Below are positions 25,053-48,054 of a DNA stretch of 64,000 bases, piece after piece. Position 1 is the first letter of the stretch. Each line of letters starts with the position of its first letter. The notes below the pieces were generated by a model. It was not told where the DNA came from and made no database searches. It saw only the letters and a program-made list of their open reading frames with translations. The position numbers and the translations under genes are program-made. Source of the stretch: Cystobasidiomycetes sp. EMM_F5 (Eukaryota); the NCBI GenBank assembly GCA_051047955.1, contig JBPGPT010000034.1, forward strand, positions 1-64,000, in the 5' to 3' direction.

Positions 25053-25304
25053 TATGATGGCGGATTTAATCGGCGGCAGTGAATACGGCGGTCATGAGTG
25101 GGCTGCCAATAGATTGGCAGCAGTTGTTTGAGAATATTCAGTGCTGATGGTGTGTAAAAGCGAGTTGGGCTATCGCATCTGATTGCATTTCGAAAGTAAA
25201 TCATCTTGCAATTCTGGCAATTTCAAACAATCCTGATTAGTACCACCCACACTGACCACTCTGAATATTCCCACTCCTGCTGGCGTACTCCCATCACCAT
25301 CGCC

Positions 25305-27955
<2,651 letters not shown>

Positions 27956-28265
27956 TCGCTCGATTAACAGCTTGCATTACGGACGCTTCATGTTATCCGT
28001 CGTAGATTTAGCCATGGTTGTATCGGTGCGGATGCAGCGACCTTGGGGAGGTCTGGGTCACCTCACTGAAGGGGCGGGTATGCTGACGTGATTGACAAAT
28101 CTCGCCTTTCCTGCAAAGCACTCAACATCTAACTGATGGAGTTGCAGACCTTGCAAGTAAGACTCTCCCCTGCTCCTTGCTTCCTGATCCCTTCCAAATC
28201 CTTTGTCTTCCTTGCCGTTGCCTATTCTTTCGACTTTTTTTTAGATCACTGTCGTACTGGCTACG

Positions 28266-30705
28266 ATGGTGCGTTTCTCCACAGCTGGTCTGATTTTTCT
28301 CAACATACAGCTGGCTCTGTTTTCTATCTCGTCCGACCTATCTTCCGTCTATGGACTTTCGAACAATGGCAACGACTTGGGCACTCGGCCCCGCCACCGA
28401 AGGGCGGGCTTTCATGGCTACGGCAGGCACGATTCTGTCAAATACCCTCATCGACACAGGAGAAGACGAACGCTACCGCTCTCGCAATCGACTAAAGGTG
28501 CAGACGTCGGAAAGCGTGCGGATGCCCAAGCTGGCGAGGCAGACCAGGACGTTCATAATTCCACGTTTATCGGAAATTTGAACAAGACAGGCCTATTTAA
28601 TCAATCATCATACAGCAATACAGCATCTCTTCCCGAAGTAGCTGTCTCGCCAGGATCCATCTTTCTTGTACAACGCGGTCGTACCGCAGAAGGCTCAGGC
28701 CGACTACGCAACATCAATCCATACGTCATGATGGACATGGAGGACTACAACGCTACCAATCATCGTTCGGACAGTAATATTCGCCAGTTCAGCGTTGTCG
28801 ACGCAGCCTTTCCCGCTATTGCGAACAAGCGACAAATACCACCAGCGATCCAGCATGCATTTCAACAAATATTGCCGAATGCATCTACGCTACCAGTGGA
28901 AGCCGTCGCGACGATTCAAGGTCAACCTTCTCCATTCAGTCCTGCGGCTCCGTATGACCCGAGTTCCGCCTCAACAGGCTACGGCGATATCATTACAAAA
29001 AGCTTATGGTTCTACCAGGTGCAAAGTGCGTCTAATGAGCCGGGCGATTTGATCTACTCTGATCCGTATGACAGGGTCGGGGTATCTGCCTCGCGGACCT
29101 CGAGCCATTTCTTGGAGGAACGATTCTGCGCTAGAAGATGGATTCGATAATCACATAGACCTGACCGGCGGATACTACGATGCGGGTGATTACCTCAAAT
29201 TTACGCATCCTCTGGCGTATGTCTAATGGTCACCCCACCACGTAGTACTGAGCATGCACTGAGTCCATTGCGATGCAGATACGCTCTTACAATGCTCGGT
29301 TATAGCGGCGCAGAGCATTCAGCGGCGATTGCTGCAACAGGAAATATTGGCTACTGGGACGAAATGCTTCGTTGGGGATTGGATTGGCTTATCAAAGCTC
29401 ATCCAGATCCGAACACTCTGTACGTACAGGTCGGCGATGGCGATGTAGACAATAACTACTGGGTGAGCAGAAGACGCACTTGCAATGATGATGTTCCTGA
29501 CACTGTTCTCGACGAACTTGTTCAGGGTGGAGACTTGACGATCCCGACGCCGCGACCATCTTTTTCGGTTTCACGCTCAAATCCGGGGACAGATGTTACC
29601 GCTGGTGCCGCTTCTGCTTTCGCTGCCGGAGCCATTTTCTATGCTCAAGTGGTCAAGGATACGGTCTATGCTGAGACTCTGCTCAGCCATGCATTGTCAT
29701 TGTACTATCTCGCAGAATCAGCTAGCAGGCGGCTTTACCAGGCTTCAGTACCCGCAGTGAAAGAGTGGTATGCGAGTACAGACTACTCTGTAAGTTATTT
29801 ACACGCGCACTACAATAGCTGCAGTATCCGAGATTCATGCTGAATGACGTAAACAGGATGAACTCTGTCTCGGCGGATTGTTGCTGTTTCGTGCTACCAG
29901 CAATGTGTACTTCCTGCGGCGAGTAGAAGCATACTTCAACAGGTACAAGGTCGGCAACAACGCCGATCCCCTTGATTGGGACTCGAAACATGGCTTGTGC
30001 ATGCTGCAGGGTGCTCAGCTCGTCAAACAGTACGGTGTGAATAGCACGGTGGACTGGAAAGCGGCCTTGGAGAAGTACCTTGATACTGTGGCCTTGGACC
30101 ACTCTAGGACGCCTGCGGGCATGCTCTGGTGGGATGGCTCCTCCGACACCGACTCATTGTCGCACGTGGTGAGTATAGCGTACTTGCTGAATCAATACGC
30201 TCGGACCTTTCCAGAGAGCAGCAAGTCGCCCGCATACCAGGCTCTGGCAGACAGTCAGACAGACTACGTTTTCGGTAACAACCCGCTCAACATGTCCTAC
30301 GTTGTCGGTGTGGGCGACAAGTATCCGAAAAATCCGCAGGTGAGCCTACGGAACTCGAGGCGTTGGACCCCATTGAGGCTACTGATACCCACCATTGCCA
30401 GTCCGCAATGGCTTCCGGTGGGAACGATATCGGCAACGTCGACAAATCGCCTCTCGTGATGGCACACACTCTTTACGGAGCACTGGTCGGGGGGCCTTCG
30501 AGGGACGATTCGTACCAAGACAAGCGATCTAACTGGAAGCAGTCTGAGGTCATTAGTATGTTATCTGTAGCGTGTACATGATGCTGACCAGTCTAAGTCT
30601 CCACAGTGCGCGCTCGATTACAATGCCGCTTTGACGGCACTCCTAGCGTCAGAGGAGCAACGCGGTCGGCGGCCCTTCTTCCTACGCCGGCCGAACGAGA
30701 CCTAG
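28266..30705 (+). CDS. Secreted glycoside hydrolase family 9 (endoglucanase-like)
   Basis: Hydrophobic N-terminus; [90 protein letters not shown]. Confidence 0.92.
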
Positions 30706-32675
<1,970 letters not shown>

Positions 32676-32857
32676 TAATTTACGATGTCGTAGATTCTGC
32701 GTCGAATAGATTAATAGAAGTGAAAATGATTCTCATCTATTCAATGCTTGGTCAATGCCGTCTCCGCTTTTACTGCTCACACACCCATGACACTGCAGTC
32801 TGCCCATACTTGCGTATCTAGACGTATGCCTGCACCGTCACGTCGAGAGCTGCAGCC

Positions 32858-35800
32858 ATGAGCTCGCCGGCCGCAGAGCCCGACGCGACTGATATATTGA
32901 CTGGCCGCGTCGCCGTCAATACGACACCGAGCAGCACACCGTCGCCCGCACCGTCCATCACGGCCAGCGATGTTGACGACGCGCTCGTTGCGGCTGCGGG
33001 CGATGCAGACCAGGAAGAAGCTATCGTTGACCGCGTCGTTCCAGCGCAAAAACGGATTTCCATCTACGTGCAGGTGTTTGAGGAGATGATCCAGACAGTG
33101 ATGGAACACGAGAGCTTTCTGTTCAATGAGGAGGAAGTCGCCCTCATTCGCGGTTTTGGCCAGATGTCTTGTGAGTTGCGATGGCGCAAATATAGCATGT
33201 ACAACAACGCTGACTGGGATATCAACAGACGAAGCACGATACCTCTTCGTGCGACTCTTCGCTCGAAAGAATGGATGGTTCCGTGTCTCAAAGCTCAAAT
33301 ACGCAGATGAGCTAGGAAACGTACAAAATGCCGTAGACGAACTCAGTACATTTGTACTATCTACACCGTCCGCTGGCATCTCGGAAGGGCAGTCTGATAG
33401 TTCTTTCACTCTTGAGGAGTCTCATTACGCGAACGCGGAAGCAGGCCCTTCCGTTCTAACGATTCCATCGAGCCCCGTTAGGCCGGGCTATATCACAATT
33501 GATGATACCGACGAAGAGCTCGCCAAGGATGATGCAATCGACCCGTTAACAAACCGACGGTGCAACGAAGTCATCAAGGACTATCAAGATTTCGGATTGT
33601 CCAGATTCGCCATCAATGAGAAGATTTTGGCAGAACGAAGTAATATAGACGACTTGTTGGCGTTACTGTCACTGGATGAGCTCAAAGATCTCGGCAAGGA
33701 ATTGAAGATATCCGGCAAAACTACTAGATCGACACTCATCGAAGCTATTTTGCGAATATCGTCGAGCCAGTCGACCTTGACGAGCATGTTTGCAGTCGGG
33801 CAAGCGAGAGCTGATGCCAGACGAAGTGGAGAAAGAGGCAAAGGTAAACAACGGATGCCATCACTCAAAGAACAGCAGCGCAGTCAGACACAGATGCTCA
33901 TTGCGAAAAGTCAGTGAGGACTGCCAGGTGACAGTATGCCTATTATGGTACTGACGAACCATCACATCAGTTCTCGCTCATCTCGGTGGATGCATCAAAC
34001 TGGAGAGTGGACCTATCCGACTCTTTGCTCGGCTCCATCTTCTCTACTATCGGTCGCTCACTTACTCAGAAAAGACGCTCACGCAAGCCGTCCTTGCAAG
34101 ATTCAAGATACGAAACTATCCTTCTTACACGGTCAAGCGGAGTTGCAGCATCTTCAAGGACAGGCAGGCCCTGGTAGATTACGAAGATGCTCTTATCATT
34201 GAACGACAAATGGAAGAATTAGTCGGTGATGTTTCTGACCCCTCGGCTGCGCGGCGAATGCGCAAAATGACCAAAGAGGACCGAGAACGCAATTTCCGTG
34301 ACGCACAACAGTTGTTCGAGGCCACGCTGCCCAGATGGCAGCAGCTGGTCAAGGAAGCACAAGCGCTAGACCTCGACACAAGCAAATCAGGATTGGGTAA
34401 TGCCTTCAGCCACTCCGATGACCGGCTTGTTTACTATCGGAAGCGGTTCCTTGCGGGCTGGCCGCTCACACGAGTAGTTTACAAGGGGACTACCGTCTTG
34501 GCCAAGCTGCACGAATACGAGCGAGAATCTCAAGTGCTACGAGAACTACTTGATCAATCCTGCTTTCGCCGCGGGAAGCGAGGAGAGTGGTACGACCGGT
34601 TGGCTCTCGTACTCATGCATCATATTAAAGGTGATAAAGATGAGAATCGCAAGGAAGCCCTGCGAATTTGTAACGAGGGTCTGTCTCATCCTTGGACGCA
34701 TCTGGGTAAGTTTACGCTACACTTTTGCTTACATACGTTACAGCTGATATCTATGATAGTCTACCACAATTCGCTCCAACGCCGGATAGTCCGTCTTGAA
34801 AGGGCCTTGGCCGTTACTGAGGGGGAAAAATCTCCTGTTGTAGCAGTGTCGCTGCGCTCGGCCAAGAAGCGGGTGATGAAAGGCGAAAGATTAGAAGAGG
34901 GCGAGACTGGGAAGCACAGCATCTGGCGCAGTTCCGACGGCGCAGAAATAAGCGTCGAGGCTTTAGCTTTGGAGCAGTACAACCGCGAAGGCTGGAAAGG
35001 TTTTCATTCTGAAAATGGGATCCTAACTACTATCGTAAGTCCAACATGCACATTTCCTAGACGCCGTCACTAATACATCAGCAAGAAGTTTGCTCTGCTG
35101 TTTTACGATGTCATTTTCGCACCGGTCGAGGGAGTTTTCGAGACTGCATATCAAGCAGCCCCATTAGATCTATCTACTGACGCGTTCGCTATTGGTGGGT
35201 CTATCATGCTGAGACAGCGACCGGAGCACCGCTAACTCGTATGGTTCACAGTACGGACGGAGTTGGTTCAGGAAAGACTGGCATTGATTCGCGAAGGTCA
35301 AGGTCTCGCGCTTCTCAGCGAAGCCGACGATCGCGAGCGACCCAACAAGACATTCTGCGTTGGCCTACGATGGGCATACGAGAGGGAGGATCTGATCGAG
35401 ATCGTTCAGTGTTTGTCTGCAACCGCACTAGCAGCCATCTGTCGCGTTTACGCGGAGGAGTGGAGTCACCGAATAGGCGGCGTTCCAGATCTCTTTCTGT
35501 GGAATTTGGCAGAAAAACGGGCACGCTTCGTTGAAGTCAAGGGTCCTGGCGACATCCTTAGCGAGACGCAGAAGGTTTGGATCGATGTCCTTATGTCTGC
35601 GGGGGTCGAAGTGGAGTTGTGCGCGGTTCAGGAAATTCTGGAAGAGGAGGCTTTTGCTAGTAGTACCGACGAAGAAATCAGAGCAAACAGTCGAAAGCAG
35701 ACGACTAAAGCGACTAAAGCGAAGCGAAGACCCTCTCTCCCTGCATACTCTGCTGAATCCGATTTGGAAACAGAGAAAGAGTTGCATATTTCGAAGCGGC

Positions 35801-35934
35801 CGCGAGTCATCAAACGAAAGTCCAGCGAACAACAGTCTGCGAAAGTGGGTAACAAACGTCGACGTTCGTCAGTCGCAGATGCAGTACGAGAGCCGTCGGC
35901 GGCTGTAAGTGAGGTGATAATCTTGTCAGATTAG
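32858..35934 (+). CDS. FAN1: Fanconi-associated nuclease 1 (SAP, TPR and VRR-NUC domains)
   Basis: ARYLFVRLFARKNGWFR, RGKRGEWYDRLAL, VEALALEQY..GWKGFHSENGI, and PD-(D/E)xK motif GGVPDLFLW..FVEVKGPGDILSETQKVW. Confidence 0.93.
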
Positions 35935-36019
35935 GAATGACAGTCTTTGTTGTTGCTATCGATACATACGCTGGTACCCCTTCAGCATCGCTGATTAAAC
36001 AACAAGTGGTTGCACCAGG

Positions 36020-37949
36020 TTAAGCATTTACGTTGTCCATGTCGACGTCCTCACTATCGTCGTTCTCTTCATCTCCATCATCGTCTGCCACGCTGTCTTC
36101 GGCATCTTCCGAATTGCGATCCGTACTATTCGACATGACTTCTTGCAACGGTGGCCTATCAGGAGCATAGTGGCCATTTATGTCTTTTATTGCAGGCTGA
36201 TTGCTTTTCTCTCGAGTTGGTTCCGACAGAATGCCAACTGCCACCGATGGCGAACATCGCATATTGATATAGCCGGCAAAGTACTGACCGACCAATGTTT
36301 CTAGCTCATCATAATCAAACTGTTCAGATTCGCTTAGAGATGGGTAAGCTTCTTGTAGCGCATCCAGGATGACAGTAGTGCAAAAGTCTCTGTCGGCGTC
36401 CGGGATAATGTCCCGCTGCAGAGCATCCCCAACTTTGTGGAGATTGGGACTTCTCGCTCCGAATACTTGGCGTACGCTCTCGATGCCTAACGCTTTTATG
36501 CCTAGCAGTGCTCCCATCAAAGAACCGCTTTGCCGGCCATCCTGCGCAGAGCCGATGATCAAGCCGCGCAGCAGCGTTTGTAGTATGCGAGGACGCAGTG
36601 CAGCATAAGCCGAAGAATATTTGTGCAGTAGGTACGTGAGGAAGGATGCGGCATGCTGCCGCACGCTGATATGAGTGAGGCCATGCTGTTGTTGGGCAGC
36701 AGTCGCTGTTCCCAATGAGGATGTCAGAAGGATAGAGAGCAAGGAGGGGAGAATTTGATGCAACTTTACAAAGCAACAGCGTCAGACGAGGAAGATGATG
36801 ATGATATGCGGGCAAATCTTGGGCCACATTCAGACTCACATATGGATCTATGAACAGGGATTGATTCTGAAGCAGCGCTTCTAGAATGTCTATACTTTGA
36901 TCAACAGCTTGCAGGGATGATGTGAGTGACGTGACGATCTACCGATGGACGAGGATCAGGATCAGCAAAGTCACACGATGACAACCTCAAGACGCACCCT
37001 CTCGGCGATCCATTGTATGAGGTATGCAACAAGGCCTTGCAGGCCGGTGTCCCCCCGGAAACTCTCAAGTGCCGCAATCCTGACCGCTTCCGTAGGATCG
37101 ACGGCTGCACTCGTCAGTCTATCAAAGTACAGCTGAAGCTCCTTCGACAGTGCGTGTGCGACTAGTGGCTTGATGTCTGCGCCTTCGGGCGCGGTTGCGG
37201 CGACTCGTCCAGAAGATCGTGAACTTGTTGCTAGGGAGCGGAGATCCGCAGGCGATGGATTCTGTGGTATCGCTGGCTGTACACCTTCTACAGCTAGCCA
37301 ATGCGCTGCAGGCAACGTACTCTCAGCAGCTGAAGCGCTTCTCAGACCATGTATAATATATACCAGTGTATGAAACTTCTCTAGGTATCGGCGGAAGCGC
37401 AGCTTGCGAGTACTTTGCGAGGTCGATCTCTTCGTCCTCGAGATAGTAGAGATTACCAGAGGGATGCGCTGTCTTGCGGAATGATATGGGCGCGTGGGGT
37501 GACGAGAAACCCCAAAGTGGCTTTTTATCCAAGCGTGAGCATTCCGGGCAGTCAATACGTAGTAGCGGCATGAGCAGACCTGTATATTCTTGACCTTCAA
37601 AGCCATATCTACGTCCTCAGCGCTCAACCGCGTTCGTTTCGAATGCCGCATAAACTTGAGTGATTCCTGAGGTTTGCGGTCCAATTCAGCCCCGAACGAG
37701 GTGCCAGCAGAGGCAGCTTCCACACCTCGACAAGATCTCGTATCCGGTATTCGACATCTGCAGCCAGCGCCGTCGACAGCTCGTCGTGCAGGTTTGCAAT
37801 GCCCAAAGACTCCGCGACATCCTGCAGGATCCGTCAGTGCAAGTCAGGATACTGGGCTTCTCTCGCGACACGGCAGGCTGATATTGCAGCCCAGCGAGTC
37901 CGTGGCTGACCTTGACGCTGCCTTTTGGCCATGCGGTTGCCGAACTCAT
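36020..37949 (-). CDS. TAF6: TFIID/SAGA subunit TAF6
   Basis: SVK|DVAESLGIANL..LAADVEYRIRDLV, KFMRHSKRTRLSAEDVDMAL, HWLAVEGVQPAIPQNP, HALSKELQLYF and LHQILPSLLS. Confidence 0.94.
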
Positions 37950-38079
37950 TTCTGCATGGAGGTTGGTGAGCAATAAACAGGCGAGATTGTTGGAAATTGT
38001 TCTCTACATCCTACAGTGCACTATATGCTACGACAGTCAGATGCATTCGGCTACAGTGTCCGTGGCCGGGGTCGGCTTA

Positions 38080-41000
38080 CTATCGCCGTTCTTTGACGAG
38101 AACGACGAGGGCTACAAAGGATAAAACAATAAAACCGCCAAAGTACGCACAGAGAATGATAAAGTCAGGCCACCAGAAGGCTTGCGCGCGAAAGCCAAAC
38201 ATTGACAGAATGGTTGCTGCCGGAACTTCAATGTCGACACCGTACTTGTGTTCGATAAGCTGGAGGTATCGGACCTCATTCACAAGCAGTCCCTCGAAAG
38301 CTGCGTGAAAGAATGATACTGTCTGTAGCCAGCCGACACCGAGAGGAACCTTGTCTCGATTGACCAGCAGTCCAGCAAAGAGTAGACTGCAGCATCAACG
38401 TCTGGTTAGCGGGGGAGGTCGGTTGTAGTATCGGGGCAAAATGACCTACTTCCACAGCATGACCAGACTGCCGAGGAGATTAGCCACGCCAGAATTACTG
38501 ACGACGATGCTGATGAAGAATATGACGCTACTGGCCGCCAAGTTGAACATGATGAGGACCAGGATGAATTTCCAAAACTCCGGAACGCTAGATACTAGAC
38601 CAACAGGTCCGTATACAATGGCGCCCAGGATGAATGGAGGGATGACTCGCAATGGCAGCACATCAAACAATACCTTGGCAGTAAAGTACGTGAAAGGTGC
38701 GTAATAGCCATTTGATCGTTCTCGCATGAACAGAATCCTTTCTTTGCTGAAGACGTCCAACGACGTCAGGCACGAAAACCCGAAGAGTGCAAGGACGAAG
38801 AAGAACAAGCCCATTCGATTCTGAAAGCCTGCTATATCGTTTCTGCGCCGAAGTTATACAGTCAGATGCGCATGCATGTGATGCTAGTACTGAAAGGAGA
38901 CAAAACCTACGTGACGTTGGCGAAAAGGAAGCTGCAAAGCACTGTGGATGAAAGCAGCGTCAATATAGGCCAAATGTAGGTCAGGCGAGGAACAAACAGG
39001 CAACCAGGATCGATACAACATAGTGCGACAGCAGAAGCATCGGGTTTCGATACAGATTCTTGAAAGCTCGTCCACTCAGTATCGTGAACTGAGTCCACCA
39101 ACTTGCCCGCTGGAAGCCGGCCAGAGTTTCAATGTCTGTTGCATTCTGATCGGGTATCACAGCGTTTCTGTGTGCTTGATTTTGAGACATCATGCTCGCG
39201 GCAATGTCGCTTTGCTGGTACGCCTTGATGAGACTCGTTAGATGAGGGCCTATGGTGATAGACGATATTTCAGACTGTCGACCGAACAAAGCTGATCTTA
39301 AGCCATTCTTGGAACCGCGCTTCGTAAGTTCTGTATCGCTCTCGTGAGCGCGAAAAGCGGGAGACCGTGATGACTGCGGAGTCTCTTCATCGCCATTTGG
39401 TCTGGGAGTCATGTCACTTTTGCTGTTCGAAGCGGAAGCCGTCTTCTCGTCCTGCATGGTCAAATCGACTGGGTGGCGCTTTCAGCTGTCATGGTAGGGT
39501 AGACTTGGTAAGTCAAGCTTACTGAGGTAGTCGGCGATGTTGAAACCTGGGGGACAAGAGTGACCTATCGATTCAAAGTATGACTGGCATTGACGGTATC
39601 CGCCAGAATAGACGACCTTGCCCCCGGCCAGGAGCAGGAGCTGATCAAACAGAGTTACAATGTTGCTTCTGGGTTGATGGATGGTGAAGACGACGGTTCT
39701 GTTGTATGTCTCAGCCAGGCTCTTGAGTGATTCGATGACGTTGATTGCGTTAAATGCATCTAGGCCAGATGTTGGCTCGTCCAGAAACAGAATCGATGGG
39801 CTAGTCACAAGCTCGCAGGCTATCGAGACTCTGCGCTTCTCGCCTCCAGAAATAGATCTTTTGCCTGACTCGCCTATGCGAGAGTCTTTGATGCCCAATA
39901 TCCCAAGCTCGTGCAGAGTCTCCAGTGTCCGCATCTTCTTATCTTCGTACGACATTTCGCGTGGCAGTCGCAACAGAGCTGAATACAAGACAGTCTCGTA
40001 AACAGTCAAAGTACCCATAAGTGTGTCTTCTTGATCAACAAAGCCGGTGATACGCCGATACTTTGTACTACTCATCGTTTTGCCGTTGACACGGATGTGG
40101 CCTCCGACTGTACCTCGTTTGGTCTTCTGAGCCAGAATGTCGAGAAAAGTGGATTTACCAGCTCCGGAGGCTCCCATCACAGCCAAAAGCTGACCGGGCT
40201 GTACGTTGCCTGACACCTCGGACAGGACCTGTTTACCATTTGGTGCAACGTAAGACAGGCCGTCGAAATGCACGGTCGCCGGAACTCTTTGCCCCATCAG
40301 CTTGCTGATGGCATCGCCATTGTTGCTGTCATCGCCATTTAAGCGAATCTTGCCATACTCCGATGATTCTCTAGTTCTTCCGAGATACCAAAATACTGTT
40401 TTACACCATAGCATCAGTAACGTCCGAGCACTGAGGGGTCCACCTCTTACGAAGACAGGCAGCAACAACCGTTGCTCCGACGGTCGCGATACTGAATGCC
40501 AAAAGCCTGGAATTGTCGGGTTTGAAAGGCGGTTGGAAGCCAGGAACCATCTGATAGTGCATACATTCTCCGGAATTGCAATTCAGAGTAATGTACTCGT
40601 CCCCAAATATGTCATTGATGAGCTGGTTCATGGCTGGTTCTGTGAAAAGGCAGCCCGAACCATCATCTTTGCATGAAAATGTACCAGGGCCTTTTATTTC
40701 TTCCGCCAAGAAGTCGTCAATGTCTGTATGAGATGCTATCAGGGCATTGCAAGCCACATGAAAGGCGGTTACGTACTAACAGAACCGTCCTCGCCGCATA
40801 GCATGCGCCCGGGCATACATGAACATTGAATCTTGTTGCAATCATACTTTGTCACATTGGCCTTGGACTGAGAATCTCTTGTAACGGAACACTCATCAAG
40901 CCCGCAGTAGAAGGATTCCAGACCGCCAACCCAAAACTGGAATCCGCATGTCGAATCAGTCGTATCGCAGGCAAAGGTGACCTGGGGTGGGCGATCCGGC

Positions 41001-41644
41001 AGCATGTCTAGTATTTTCCGGTTTGTCACGTCGCACATGGAGTGTACCTTTTTTACTCCATATCCTCCTTTGTAACATACAGCTACGTTGTTATTGTCGT
41101 CGTCGTCGTCGTCTCCGTCATCGTCTCCGATGAGCGCTCTTAGCGGGTTGCTCGGTCGGCTTATCAGTGCGTTCTCGTCCGATATCAGAGGCTTGCAAGC
41201 TTGATTCGTTTCGCACACGTTGCAAGTCAATCCAGACCACCCAGGCTTGCACGTCGCGGTACTCCCTTCTCGTATGTAACGCTCTCTGCCATCGGCCAAG
41301 GACCCATCGAGAGGCTTGGTGCAGTCTATGCCGCCGAATCCGTCTGGACAGATGCATTGCCCGTCGTACTCCTTGCACTGGCCGTACTGCGCGCAGGTAA
41401 ACGTGGGCAGGTTGCAATTGAAGCACGGCGGACAGTCTTTCGGCCTGTCTTGCCATACATCGAAGCGGGCGATGCTGTAGTTGTTGGACAGCAGAGGCGA
41501 GTGGGCTGCGCTGCGAAGGTACGGCAAGGATGGTCCAGAGGGTCCGCCAGGCTGCTGCGAGCCGTCATCCAGTCCAAACGTGGTGATTCCAGATGACGCG
41601 GCGACCAGCGGCAGCACTGCAGCCGTCCTCAGCAGGAGCTTCAT
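38080..41644 (-). CDS. ADP1: ABCG half transporter with extracellular EGF-like Cys-rich N-terminus (Adp1 type)
   Basis: Signal peptide; [29 protein letters not shown]; Walker [10 protein letters not shown]; signature [21 protein letters not shown]; six-TM C-terminus ending VKERR. Confidence 0.93.
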
Positions 41645-41925
41645 GGCGGATGTACGTGTCCGAGAGATTGGAGAGAACCCAAGGATCAATCAATTATGCA
41701 ATCGCAAGTCGTCAGTAATCAGATAATGTACATGGCATTTGCTTCTGCTAAGCCTGCCAACGAAATAGCTCTAGTTACATGGATTGGAGTACCAAGTATC
41801 CAAGCTTCTAGTATAGACAGACAGAGAGTAGATCTACAATATGATGCGAATGAAACGGGACTGGGGTTGGTTTAGTCTATCGACAGGCGGTAAACGTGAC
41901 GTTTGAACTGAACGCGCAAATCTCG

Positions 41926-47072
<5,147 letters not shown>

Positions 47073-48054
47073 AACCTGGCTTCAGTCCGTAAACAATGAT
47101 GGACTGCAGATTACCATCCACGAGCAGCTCAATGAAAAGTACAGTATGCACCCGATATCGCAGTATCTGCTCGCTATCAGATCAGATCCTGCCTGAACGG
47201 GCAGGACTACTTGGACACGACGAGCAGTGATACGCTAACTTATATCAATACTCATAGCACCCTCAATCTCACGCTTCGGATTCCGAGGCCGGGTCAAACG
47301 ATACGGCACTGGCAGTCTTCTAATGACGCTGAGTATGAATTACGGACAGAATGACCGCTGTATACGTGTACAGTAGGTGTTTGTACGTGATCACCGCTCT
47401 GGCGGATGGATATGGCCGTGTTTCGTCGTTGCTTGACAAACCTCACCGAAATATAGCACATACATACGTACGTTGAGGTTAGCTTTATGCGACTCATCGT
47501 GAATCAAAGTACGATTCATACCACAGCATATCGTGCATACCACTTGAAAAGCTTCAACGTCTCACCCGAGAACAACGATAAGCTTTGCAGATTTTGTAAA
47601 AAACCTACTCTGTCACGTACGCTGTTCCACGCAGGTACCATGGTAATTGCCTGCACCCGTCATCGTCGATGTGTTTGCGAATCTGCATTCGCTCCCTAGC
47701 TCAATACTGCGGAGTCCTGCGTTTGCTTGCGGACAATTGCCAATGGCCTTAAGTCGCCTAGGTTACTGTCGGGGTCCTGTTACTCGTTCCTGTGCCTAGC
47801 ATTCGGGGTGGACTATCCAACTGAAATGACCAGCACTCAATGTGTCAGCATCTGCTGCCCTTCGGACAATACCGCTTGTCTGCTGTTGCGTTGTTCAAAT
47901 TATGCGAGTCGTCTCCGTTGTAATCCATTCAGAGTCATTTATATTTTGACAGACCTCCGCTGCAAACCTTCGAAGATGCCCTCGCCGCAAAGAGATCATG
48001 CACAGACGCTAAGCAAAGCGTGCTGTAAAGCTTTGTGCTTTGTACTGGGGGCCA

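Noticed and set aside
29483..29501. ATGATGA..CTGA K-loop-like motif in a GH9 intron
   Set aside because: The CTGA is most simply the branch point, and a 63-nt intron is too short for a snoRNA.
47073..48054. 1-kb gap with short ORFs upstream of the kinase
   Set aside because: Best explained as the kinase promoter/5'UTR and rhomboid 3'UTR; the ORFs lack coding features.
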